Positions 49,695 through 62,231 of a DNA stretch of 64,000 bases are shown one piece after another. The stretch is from Trichoplax sp. H2 (lineage: Eukaryota), in assembly GCA_003344405.1 (NCBI GenBank), contig NOWV01000032.1:1-64000 (forward strand). The letters run 5' to 3'. Every line of letters begins with the position of its first letter. The first letter of the stretch is position 1. The notes beneath the pieces were generated by a model. The model did not search any database. It was not told the origin of the DNA and worked only from the letters and a program-made list of their open reading frames with translations. The position numbers were made by a program, and so were the translations under genes.

Positions 49695-50038
49695 ACGATT
49701 TCATGCTGAGCTACAGTACAATCTAGTACTGTACACTGTACAAGATTGTACTATACACTCTGAAGCTATGGTATCGACCAATTAAGGTTGCCGTATGGAA
49801 TATTGGAGACTGTTTCATTCAAGTCATTAATCCACACCTTTTCACTACCAATCGATCGCTGTTCTCTCTTGTCGACCACGATACCGGCTGTTGCACCGTA
49901 CTGGACCGCTATGACGCTGGATGCCCCAACTGGAGTAGCCGCAAAAGTAAAACCTGCAACCCAACAAGAACCATATTTATCACTTGGGATATTCGACGTC
50001 TTTCCAACTGCAAGACAACACAAATTACTAGCATTAGC

Positions 50039-53000
50039 ATGAGTGGTTTAGGTAAGTGCAACTGCTGTAGTTGAAGAGTGGAAGTGTTACGCTAGAAGTG
50101 AAAATTCTAGCTTTAAAATACTCTTGTAACGCATGAGAACCTTTTGTATTTGACAATGGCATTCTACTATTTGATGCAGTCATGACGGTTAGCAATCTAG
50201 TCGAGCTAGGGTCTAATTTTTTATTCTAATTTCCATGCAATTGAAATGCAAATTTGTCATATTGATCAAGACGATACAGCTTGACAATCCCCTATTCGAA
50301 ATAATCTTATCATCGATGTTGAGATATACTGTCGTTATTGGTCATATACAAGATGTTGAGGGGGTTCAAATAGAAGAAGAAGAAAACCAACCTTTGAAGT
50401 TAGACTATATTGCAGGCTATCATTTTTTATTCAAGGGTGTAATACAGTGGTCCAACTTGAAATGAGTCCAGTATAGTATGTCTCGTTATTCCTTAACGGC
50501 AGCGACATTAGATCGACATTACGATCACATAGATAGGTAGATTATCGCACATTGTACTATAAAAATCCTATAGAATTGAAAAGCAAGTTAACTGTCATGG
50601 CAGTAAACGTATCGTTTTAACAAGCGTCTCCTACTTTTTACTGGTACACGACAATGGCATAAGGACACAAAGATCCCAATGGATACCACTCGAAAGCGAT
50701 AATTTACAGTACATGTAGACGTTTCGTTACTCTTCTTCACCGCTTCATAAGTAGATGTATTTTTCTTACTGCCATCGGATCCATTCCATCTGTAGTAGTC
50801 AAGATGATGAACGAAGCTACCCTGCGTGCCAATTTAAATATGAAAATACTTTTCTTCATTATTGATAAAATTTGAAACGCTATGACAATATCAGCTATAA
50901 TTTCACGATATAGTTTCACTTCTCTTCTTCGAATCAGAAGTAGACGAAATTACTTCTATTGGATCTCTCCCATCTGTAGTAGCCAAGAATATGCGCTAAG
51001 CTATCTTACGAGTCAATTACAATATTAAAATACTTGTCTTCACTAGTGATATAATTTGAAACGCTATTCGATTGTCTACCGTAATTGCATTATTTACTTA
51101 TACATTTTACTACTTCTCTTCTTCTCCAATTCATAAGTAGACGTATTTTTCCTACTTCCATCCAACCTGATCCATCTGTAGTAGTCAAGATTATAAACTA
51201 AGCTACCTTACGTATCAATTTATATTAAAATACTTCTCTTCACTAATGATATAATTTGAAACGCTATCAGATTACCAGCCATAATTTCGTTACTGTATTT
51301 AGTTGTAATAACGGATAGGTATATGGGATTGACAAGACGAGAAAAAATCGTACATCAGTTATTAAAATATCAAAAGTGCTTGTAGATGTTAAATTAAATC
51401 ATGATTCAATTAACGGTCGAATAAAGACAGTTTCTGATCACCATTTCGTACGGATTAACCGTTGCTATCATATTTTTATAGGTAGTAGTAAGCGAGGACT
51501 TAAGCTAGACTTTGATAAACGAGGACCACCTCGTCGAAAATCTCCTGTTCAACCAAAAGTACAAGTGTAAGTTCTAAAAACTACTTCAATTTTCATTTCA
51601 ATGTCTAATTTAATTAGGATAGCTAATCGATGCTTACTTCACTAGCTAAATGATGATATAATAATACCTAAATTTCGCTGTATGCGCATCTAGTAATCCT
51701 ATCGAAGAACATAAACTAGGAACACAAGGAACATTAACAATCGATGGACAGGTATCATCTGCAAAACTAAACTAGCACTATCTTTTTATCTTGTTTGCTT
51801 TACTTTACTGTAGCCTCTACATACTTTAATCGCTAAATGCAGCACAAAGGCTTAAAACAGTACCACATCATTTAGCACAATAGGACAGACTGTCCTTTGT
51901 CGTAATACAGTACAATATGATTTATTCTTTAGATTCTGTAACTACTATTTCTGCTCAGTTCTAGACTCATCTATGTACCTACAACAAGTACAGTATTGAG
52001 TACCCTAACTTTAATTTATTCTTGATAGAATTATAGTTTTGTTGCAACCGATTTGATCGATGAAGGTGAAATCGGCCGTGGTGCATATGGCACTGTAAAC
52101 AAGATGCTACATGAAGAGAGTAAAACTTTAATGGGTGTAAAGGTATTTATTTCAGTTCTGAATGATAAGAAGCATGTCACCTTGGTTAAATTTCCTTTGC
52201 GATATAGTATAAATATATTCCCTGTCAATTTTAAATGAATTCTGTAACTGACTTCATCCAATCATAAACTGAAAGAATACCGAATTAAAATAAACGTTAG
52301 AGTAGTTATTTACATTAGCATTACCTTTCACAGAGAATTCGAGCTGAAGTAGACGGACTAGAGCAACGCAGACTATTAATGGATTTAGATGTTGTAATTA
52401 AAAGCCGTTGCGAATATATCGTGAAGTTCTATGGAGCCGTTTTCCATGAGGTACATCTTGTATGAGTATAAATATAAATGTGTTCGATAATTATTATTGG
52501 CTACTATCACATATTTTCTTACCATATTCAACACCCATTAGCATGAATTAACAGCTATAAATTTTAGCGTAACTTCGTGAGATTGTTCATATTCGCTTTA
52601 AATTTAATACTACAGATGACTATTAGTCACAACATTTACAGGCTGTGATCATTTCCTTTATAGTTTATATTCAGCCTATAATTATCGGTGCCACTTAAAA
52701 CCCATGAATATATATATTTATTTGCAATGTACTTGAATTTTTCGGATTTAATATCTCAACTTAATGATACTACACACATATATAGGGTGATGCTTGGATT
52801 TGTATGGAATTAATGACTATATCACTAGATAAATTCTCGAAATTAGTCTATTGCAATTTAAAGCAAACCTTTCCTGAAGATTTTTTAGGCAAAATCTCCG
52901 TTGCTGTAAGTTATCTAATAATATCTAGGCATTAAAATGTATTCATGAATTAGTTTATATTAAGAACTGTCTCGCAAGTGGTGTTTAGTTACCGTCCTAC

Positions 53001-54729
53001 CTTTATGCTGGTATACTCGCCTAAGTTTAAATTATTCTCTCATGTCACTAATTAGGTCGTTAGAGCTTTAAATTATTTAAAAACTGAACTAAATATAATT
53101 CACAGAGGTAAGATTACTAATTAAGATATCTTTTGCTAGAACCAGTTGACAAGTACTTGTAATCAATATTATTTCTTCCAATTAGTTGCCGGATTGAGAT
53201 CATTTTGTATTTCTCAATCTCTTCATTTTTGTTTGATACAGTACTATTGTTTACGATTAATCACTAGTTTTTATACAATTCCCTAAATGCTAAAGATAGC
53301 CTATTTGTACAATTTAAATTTAAAGCGAAATCAGAATACTAATTATTAGCACCTTCATATACCGTCTGTAAAACACTATGATCATGACGTAAATTTACTA
53401 TCTGTTATGGGGTACTAAAACTAGAAGTTCCTAGTACGAATTTCTTTAGCATTTTTCTAAGACGACTATTGAAATTTAAAAGTAGTCATATTACAGATTT
53501 TAATTGTATTTTGCTATTATGTTACTATCTGACAAATGAAATATAATAAATTAGACGTGAAGCCATCTAATATTCTTCTGGACGATAATGGAAACGTTAA
53601 GCTTTGTGATTTTGGTATAAGTGGTAAACTTGTTGATTCTATAGCAAAAACTCGTGACGCCGGTTGTAGACCGTATATGGCTGTAAGTATTTCGTGTGAT
53701 TTCATCACAATTGCCACGCAGATATATCGATTATTTTTATCGTACATGAGCAAGTTTTCGATTAATCAATAACACCATCAGCACTATACATATATGTACA
53801 ATATTGTTGACTGTGATTATTTATATTTAATAGCCTGAGCGTATAAATCCTGAAACTGCTCGCGATGGTTATGATGTTCGATCAGACATATGGAGCTTGG
53901 GGATTACACTTGTAGGCACTTGCAATTTAGCATTCTTGATATACACAATTAAGCTTACGAGACTAATTTTTATAACAGGTCGAATTGGCAACTGGAAAAT
54001 TTCCTTATCCCCAGTGGAAAACAATCTTTGAGCAATTATCTCAGGTTGTTAGCGGGCCTGCACCTCGTTTAGTGAATACTTCCGGAAAACAGTTTACTGA
54101 TGAATTTATAAGTTTCGTGCATAGTTGGTGAGATTAAATGCTTTGACTTCAATCGAGTGATTGTAATAAATTACTGGGATTACAGCAAATTTTTCTATTA
54201 CTAATTGTATGCATTCATGATACCATAATACTTAGCTTAATTAAAGAAGTCGCTAAGCGACCAAAGTATGGAGCCATCATGGTAAGAAAGTATTCAGCTG
54301 TTTAAGTCGAATATACTGTATAATGAAGTCTATAGTACAATCGAAATTTAGGAAAATTAATAATAGAAATATAACTTGTTTTACTGAATGAAATAGAAAC
54401 CTGAAATGCGTCTATACAGTACTCATACGAGTACCGTTCTACATTTTTCCATTGTATTAAATAAAAGTAAAATTGTATTTCTACTTTATTAATTTTCACT
54501 TAATTTGTTTTCTATAAGTAGTATACGGATTAAATACTTCTTTGACTAACTGTGAGTAACGGAGAAAGTGAATAACTATATTTACTAACTCTACCACTCT
54601 TTAACATAGGAACATCCTTTCATAAAGAAATATCAATCGTCCGATATAGTCGCTGCCAATTACGTTAAGGGTGTTTTAGCCGAAACTCAGTATCGATTGT
54701 CTACTATTTTATACGATTCTGATAAATAA
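50039..54729 (+). CDS. MAP2K4: Dual-specificity MAP kinase kinase 4 (MKK4/SEK1), about 12 coding exons
   Basis: N-terminal docking motif [65 protein letters not shown] (SIAKT loop typical of MKK4); [14 protein letters not shown]; stop TAA 54727-54729. Confidence 0.93.
50727..51290 (+). repeat. Three diverged tandem copies of about 190 bp in MAP2K4 intron 1
   Basis: Recurring blocks CTCTTCTTC, AAGTAGAyG, CCATCTGTAGTAGyCAAGA, AAAATACTT, AATTTGAAACGCTAT at roughly 190-bp period. Confidence 0.85.
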
Positions 54730-55420
54730 TTGATTTGCTTTGCTTAGTTTTAATTTATCTTTTAACCGTGGATTTTGCTATTATTCAATAGCATCCATTT
54801 TGAATGTGTGATTGCTTTATCAGATTACAATTTTAATCCATAAAATTCAGCTTTTATTGTACTCTACAGTATGTACCGTTAGTTCGATTCATGTGAAAGA
54901 TTTTTGTGTTATAACTGTACTGCTTTAATATTTAGCATCAAGGATAATATAATGCTAAATAATTCTTCAAATCAACTTGTTCCATGTAAATATATACGAC
55001 GACACTTTGCTGATATAATTATTTTTAGGTGTATGTTAAATTTGTCATCCGTCTCAGTTAAATATTTGTATCCGTTTGGATTGGTGTTTGTTCTTGTAAT
55101 CTTTAAGCTTCATCAATGTAATCATGACTTGCATCTGGGTCGTCAATACATGAAAATCGAACAAATCCGCAATTGAACAAGGAAATAACTTGATTAAATT
55201 GCCGAAATTTAGTTCAATCAATGTATTTATTTTATTTAGTAATTTTACTTCGGTATTTACACGTTTAAGTATATCAGGAGTTATAATTTTATCTCGTATA
55301 CCGCTTCTACTTTAAGATAATAGTCAACTTTGGCAGAGTATTCTCTTGTCAATGAATAGCCAACCATACACTGGTACTTTACACTTACGAACTATCTACT
55401 TTAATTATTAATTATGGACA

Positions 55421-58400
55421 TCAGTAACAATCTAGCAAGGTATCCTGATTGGCAATAAATAATAAATCATGCATTAGGCGCTTTACATTAAAGTGACTTT
55501 GTCTGGCGTCATCGCACGCTTGGATTAAGTTGTGGTAGTTGGTGCTCATTATTTTTTCAAAAAATTCATTGCACGTTAAGTGATTATCTGGCTCTGTCTT
55601 GATACGATCGTCGAATTCTCTATAATATGGAAGATAGTAATTACAATGAATAAAACCATAAGATATAAAATTTTATAAAGTAACCAGGAATAAACCTTAA
55701 TTGCTCAGTAATTGCAGCTTTAGAATCTGCCAATAGGTCAAGATTCAATTTAGTTTGCAGAGATAATAGTATAGCACAACTCTCCTGCTGGATGACAACA
55801 TCGCAGTCCTCTATTGCATCCTGAAGTGCAATAGCACACCCGCTAAGTACCAGTGATAATATAATCTTACTATTATGACTAGTTATAGTGTAATGTTTCG
55901 CTGTAGCCTCAGTACAACTTTCTTGCCAGTGTCGCTCAATAAATGCTTTCCAAAACAAAAGTCCGCGTCTTTTAACTTCCCAGTCTAAATCATGGCAGCT
56001 TTGACGTAGAGTACTAGTAATATTACCTGTTGCACAATTACAACCAAGAAATAAATACTGCGGGATATCAAACTGCTTTATATTCGATACAGTTGAATTA
56101 CATAACAAAAGAATTCATAATAATGTTAATGTACATACTTTCATTTCTTAATACGTTTATAATATCTTGAGCTGTCTCACTTGCACAATTGCCTACATCT
56201 TTTAATATAAATCCATACTTGAAGCATTGAATCACAAGATCGATTGCACTGCGTCTTGCTAAAGCTTCCGTATCGTTTAATATAATTTGAAAAACTGCAT
56301 CAGAAATCTATAAAAGACTAAGATTAGAGTCACAAAATGCCAAGGAGATATCGTTTGCAAGGCATATGTTATCAATAAGGATATGATACCTTATTTTCTT
56401 TGAATACTGGATCTAGATCATCAGGTTTAGAGATAGCACTGCATAGCTGGCACATAGAATTTAACGCCGATGCTTTAACGAATCCTTCATCATCATTTGA
56501 GAGTTTCCAAATTTTTTCAACCAGATCACCATTGATTACTTGCTGGTATATTTCTTTGTTTCCTTAAAATATAAATTTACAACTATTGATCATGAGAGTC
56601 AGCTATTTTTCACTATTCAAAATTTATTAACCTTTTGCCTTTATAAATACACTCATTGCTAAGGCTATCCCAGAATCTCTTACTTCCCACCTTGCGTCGT
56701 CCAAGGCACAAGATATACAATGCAGTAAGTTGCATCCCTCGTTACTATTAAAAATGGCTTCAGTAGAGGAAAAGGTAATAGTTAACACACCTACTATGCA
56801 TATCATTGATTTATTCATAATAACTCAATTGTAAATCTATAGAATACATATATTATTGTGCTACATTAAAAGGTTACCCTGATTGCTGCTAATTCTATAT
56901 GTATCTAACAGTAAGATAATTTCATCATCGTTTAACTCTAACAAGATTTCCGATAACAGATTCAAGCTTTTAATTAAGATCTAGAAGGGATACGAAAAAT
57001 TAAATTAAATAAAAATAATCAATAGCAATTACAAAAGGTACTTTACGCACCGCCTCCTCTAGATCAATTTGGTTGATAGCGGCTAATATAACATAGACAG
57101 GGTCAATTGCTTCACCTAATTAAAATAATATACAGTATTACATCATCTCCATTAAGCAAGAAGTTCACACTATAATCGAAAATATGCAATCAAAAATAAC
57201 ACATTCTAGAGAGCTAACATCAGAAATTTTTAAGAAGTTGTACACTATACCTAACAAGGGGCAAAATGGTAGTTGCGATTGTCGGATGATTTTAATTTGT
57301 TTAATAGAATGAGATACAAAATCTAATGCAGCCCTCGCAATTTTTATACTGCCAGTAATATTATCATTAACTTTACTAATTATTTCTTTAGTTAACAACG
57401 ACGGACAACTACACAAGGCGAACAGTACGACGACAGAATTAATCCATGTTGCCGAAACTAGATCTTGGTAACCCTAACAGAAAACAAAAATTTAAATGTC
57501 TCTTTCTTACAAGAGGTTTGCAAAAATATTCTTTCAACCTTAACGATATAAATACATTTCATAGGTTTATACTTCAAAGGTACTTCATTTACCATATTAA
57601 ATAAATAAATAATGGACTCTATGGAATGACAAACTATTGCAGCCTGCGACTGTGCTTTTCCTAAAGAAACGGTTGTTAGAATGGAATCCAAATGTTTTTG
57701 GAGTGCCGATAATTGCTACGCACAAAATAGAAAAAACAATTAAAAGGTAATTCACTACAGTCATTGCAGAATAATATCTAATTCGTTTCCTGTAATTAAA
57801 TATTATAAAGGGATAAATGGCTAACATTTGATTATTCGCAATACATACATCTGCCAATATAGGCGCTTTTAAAATATCCAAAGAAATGTCAATAGATCTT
57901 TCTAAGCTAACATCTTGTTCATCCCTAGTGAACATCCCATACATAACCAAATGTAGAGGACGGTAGAGGATCTCAGATAGAAGCTTTGGATTGCATATTG
58001 ATAATTCCCTACGCGGTAGGAGGCATCAAGGTTACACAAACTAATAAATGAACATGGAAGCATTCGATATTCGAATTGGTTACCTAGGAACTGCATTGTT
58101 GTAGAACGATAACGACGCACACAACTGCATTCCAGTTGTAATAAAACCTCTACGGTACAGTGCTAATGGCATCGACAGCCATGTAGTGGCAAGAAGATTG
58201 TTCGAATGATTGTCATGTTCGTGGTTTAATTTGCTACGATCTGAATTGACAAACGCATTCCAATTTAAATCCCATGATCTGAAATAAGGCAGATTACAAG
58301 CAGAATTAATATGTATGATCATCATTTACAGTCAAAAGTATAAGCACTACTATGAATAAATAGTTTGATATCTAACAATAAGGATATACAATAAGTGCAT

Positions 58401-60146
58401 GTATACAAATAGAATATAATCATTACGTAATAAATTTGCTGCAAATATTCTTGAATATTGATGTTACTTGATTGCACGCTACAAAATCTCCGGTATGTAG
58501 AATATGGTGAATACAGCATCCAAGTGTAGGAAAACTGTTCAAAATTAGATGTAAACCTTGTTCATCGGCTAATGCAAGATAATCCACTATGATTGCTATT
58601 GCTGACAACTGACTATCAATACTAGCCAAAGATAGCTTAGACTGGGTAAGCAAGTTGCTGATTTCATTGATTACGTCATTATAATATTGCAAATCCATAG
58701 GTTCTTGATCACAGCTGTGCTCTTGAAAATGATGTCTACCGTGCCACAATAGATATTGGACAACAAAGTTAATCGCACTCTTCATAACAAATATACTATC
58801 ATCACCAAGCGCAGACAAGCCAACCGTTACCATATCTATGAGACAAACCAAAAGTATTCAAGTAACATGTATAAATCTAGCGAGTAGAAATGTTGGCAAG
58901 ATCTACCGTATACATGATACCCATAGCAGCCATAATTGCGTATCTACAGATTTCGAGGCAGACATTACATAAACAAAGTCTCGTACAGTACAATAGGCAA
59001 CACTTTGTCATCGTGAAGGATTGCATCCTGCCACTGACAGATTTGATTACCAAAGTTTAATTGATTAATTCTCAAGTTATTGAAAGGTCAGAGCAAAGAT
59101 AATTTCGATGTAAATCAGATATGAAAAGTCTTTCGGTGTAGTAAATTCGCATTAAATTTTACTTGATAAAAAATTATCAGTATCAAGCGCGTTGAATTGT
59201 AGTTGTATGTGTAAACTGATAGACTTACAGATGCTAACATAGCAATCAATGTTGAATTATTTATTAAAATTTGAATACAGGAAAATAGCTGTGAATGCAA
59301 ACGTAGCAGTATAATAAAGTATTTGCGAACAGGTAGATTCTATTTTATATGGTAATCAATTTATGATAGCGTCATCAATTTGCACCCTTCAAAGTAGTTG
59401 AATTATATATAGCCTTACTAATCTACTAAATTTTAGACAGGATTGAATTTATAACTATAATTCAAAATTCATTATGTGATAACTATTGTGGGGTCGTTGG
59501 TGCCGTTTTATAGTACTGTATAGTGCAGCTCTTGATATTCTACAATGCTTTTAAAGCACATAAATTAATTCCATCAGACTATCAATCGGTTTAAACAACT
59601 TATCCTAGCAATTTCATGACATGATGTTATTATTATAATCAGCTATTTTCCATAAGCTATTATTTCATGCATTCATTGCATCGATGAAATTGCATTTATT
59701 ATCAACATACCTTTAGCAACAATCCAGTTAAAACTTCGACGACAAGGTATTAAATTATTGGCTGCTTTAAAGTATGCATCCCGAACGGTAGCTGACTTCC
59801 AACTAGATTGTGAAGGCATGGAAGCCAACAAATCGAGTAGATTATATTGCCTTAGATTTTGCATACGTTGGAAATAGAAAGGCCATGCAGCTAACATGCC
59901 TATCAGTCTTATAGCGAAAGCTGTAATAACTGCCTTATCTTGGTCTAGGCTATCATAAATAAATTGCAAGATCCAATCTTGGCCCAGTCTTTCAACCTGT
60001 ATTTCACAGCGACATACAGTAGATAACCATGATAACAATTTTTCAACTGATGTATCATCAATAAAACGGCTAGGATCGCGCATAAAGGAATTTAGTACAG
60101 CCTTTAGCAGGTTGATATGCTCATCATCCAATTGCATTAACTCCAT
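55421..60146 (-). CDS. BRAT1: BRCA1-associated ATM activator 1 (Integrator INTS9/INTS11 assembly factor)
   Basis: N-terminus LLKAVL...DPSRFIDDTSVEKLLSWL; ARM/HEAT motifs DARWEVRDS, DTEALARRSA, DLDWEVK; C-terminus LLDCY* (TGA 55421-55423). Confidence 0.88.
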
Positions 60147-60411
60147 TGCAATGTCGCATTTATGTACATCAATCACCCATCAATTTTGTGCTTGACCTTA
60201 TAATCAATCGCGTAATTTTAAATTAAAAATTGAAGCTTAATAAGAAATCAACCTAAAGTTACTATTGCATTTGGATATATACATTAATTATTATTACTTA
60301 TCTTTACCTGTATGGGCGAAACCTTTAGCTTGGAGCTTGCGTTTGCTGGGCAAAACTTCAATTAATTCTAGTACTTGCAAGGTAGCTGTCTACAGTCCAC
60401 ACACCGTGCCT

Positions 60412-60502
60412 AGACTGTAGAATCTAGTGTACAGTACAGTACTGTACTGTACTGTACACTGTGTACTTCGCTTGCTCTCAATACTGTACAGTATACTGTA
60501 GT
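60412..60502. repeat. TACAGT/ACTGTA cluster upstream of BRAT1
   Basis: GTGTACAGTACAGTACTGTACTGTACTGTACAC near-palindrome plus TACTGTACAGTATACTGTAGTA. Confidence 0.8.
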
Positions 60503-60781
60503 AATGCACTACCAACTGACAAGTTTGTTTACTCACAGTAAATAGAATAGGAAGAGTAATTGCAACAACTAATCATTTCAAAATTTCTGTAAGGGTAGGC
60601 CGAAAGTGATCTTATTTACCTCAACTAGATTATGTTTCAATCGCCATCAGGAATAAAATACTATAGCAACTCCTCTACCATAATTATACTACTTGAATCG
60701 TCTTTCAAAGACATGCAAACTTCATCAAAAGACTCAGCTCCTTTGTTTATATACAAAAGGTTATATCTATCTCTCAAGGAA

Positions 60782-60852
60782 GCATCGGTGGTTCAGTGGT
60801 AGAATTCTCGCCTGCCACGCGGGAGGCCCGGGTTCGATTCCCGGCCGATGCA
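60782..60852 (+). tRNA. tRNA-Gly, anticodon GCC
   Basis: GCATCGGTGGTTCAGTGGTAGAATTCTCGCCTGCCACGCGGGAGGCCCGGGTTCGATTCCCGGCCGATGCA: acceptor stem GCATCGG/CCGATGC, T-loop GGTTCGATTC, anticodon loop CT-GCC-AC. Confidence 0.98.
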
Positions 60853-60857
60853 ACTTA

Positions 60858-60871
60858 CTTTTTTTTTTTTC
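60858..60871 (+). terminator. Pol III oligo-T terminator of tRNA-Gly
   Basis: T-run 5 nt after the tRNA 3' end. Confidence 0.85.
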
Positions 60872-61444
60872 TTGCTTCTTTTTGGACTGCAGCCACATCG
60901 AATGAAATTAATAATTAATGAATTCATTCGGTTAATTTTGCAAGAATTTGAGGTTATTCGTTAATAAATGCAGCCACTACACGATACAATACTGTATTGC
61001 ACCTACACTAACTGCATGTAATACATGTCATCTAGATTCTTTAGTACAAAAACTACGGATGCAGCAACAGGAACCTTTCTTCACTATTCCCTGACAGCAA
61101 CCACGTTTTGAAGTGCAGCAAATAGTAAAATGATTTCGTAAAATAAGATATATATGTCACGGACAATGTATATACAGTATAACACCTGTAACTTTAAGCG
61201 GCTCGTAGCAATATAAAAATGAGGGCCAAATCGCAGTCTTACAGTATACAGTACTTGCTTTTTACTATCGATAGGCATAATCATGGACTACTAAATTTAC
61301 GGTGAATTTATTAGGTCACAGCGTAATCTATGATTTACGCACAGCATTAGCCTCCATATTGACTGTAGATAGCAAAAATCGCGTTTTTCAGAGATAAGAG
61401 AGGCTGTACTTTACGCTCCTATGATATACAAATTCCCAAATGTA

Positions 61445-61712
61445 TCAATAGAAGCATCAAAATTTGCCGTAGCAATAAACTGCAATGAGATACTTTCATG
61501 ATCAAATTTTATTTTACTTTGGTCAAATGAGTCAGTAGAAACATCGAAATTTCCCGAAGCGATAAACTGCAATGTTTCCAATGAGATGCTTTCATGATCA
61601 AATTTTATTTTACTTTGGCCAAATGAGTCAATAGAAGCATCGAAATTTCCCGTAGCGATAAACTGCAATGTTTCCAGTGCGATGCTTTCATGATCAAATT
61701 TTATTTTACTTT
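61445..61712. repeat. Three-copy tandem repeat (units 87 and 96 bp)
   Basis: TCARTAGAARCATCRAAATTT...ATAAACTGCAATG...CTTTCATGATCAAATTTTATTTTACTTT begins at 61445, 61532 and 61628. Confidence 0.92.
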
Positions 61713-62231
61713 ATTAGCCTGACACTGAGCTAACGAATTCACCTTGAATGCATACTCACAAAAATCATCGGTTTACGATAACACACTTTAGTTAATATCA
61801 GTTAGTTTACTTTGTATTTGTTAAAACTAGTTCACACGAACTACTGTACAAATTGAGTTTTGAATAGCGTTATCCAGTGAGTATTAAATTATTACTACTA
61901 TGTAGTTACTGTACATTATGAAATGATTTAAATTATGTTGCTCTTACTGTCGCTAAGAATTTAATCGCACAGTAAGCCACAGATGAAGCCAGAATCAAAG
62001 CACTCCGCAACTAATGCATATCCAATTTTATAGATAGATAAGCGTATATAGCCCCAAAAATTAATTTAGTGTCATTTTATGCATTGCATTCAAAGTTTTC
62101 AGTTGAATGTGCAATCAAATACAGTCTATTTTGCTACATTCATAGAATAGCAGTCAATAAACTGTACAGTACATCTATTATGTAGTTAGTATACTTTGCA
62201 TTAGACTACAACAAAAAACGAATTGTATACC

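Noticed and set aside
60693..60905. 70-aa ORF overlapping the tRNA
   Set aside because: Incidental frame across the tRNA-Gly gene and its T-run.
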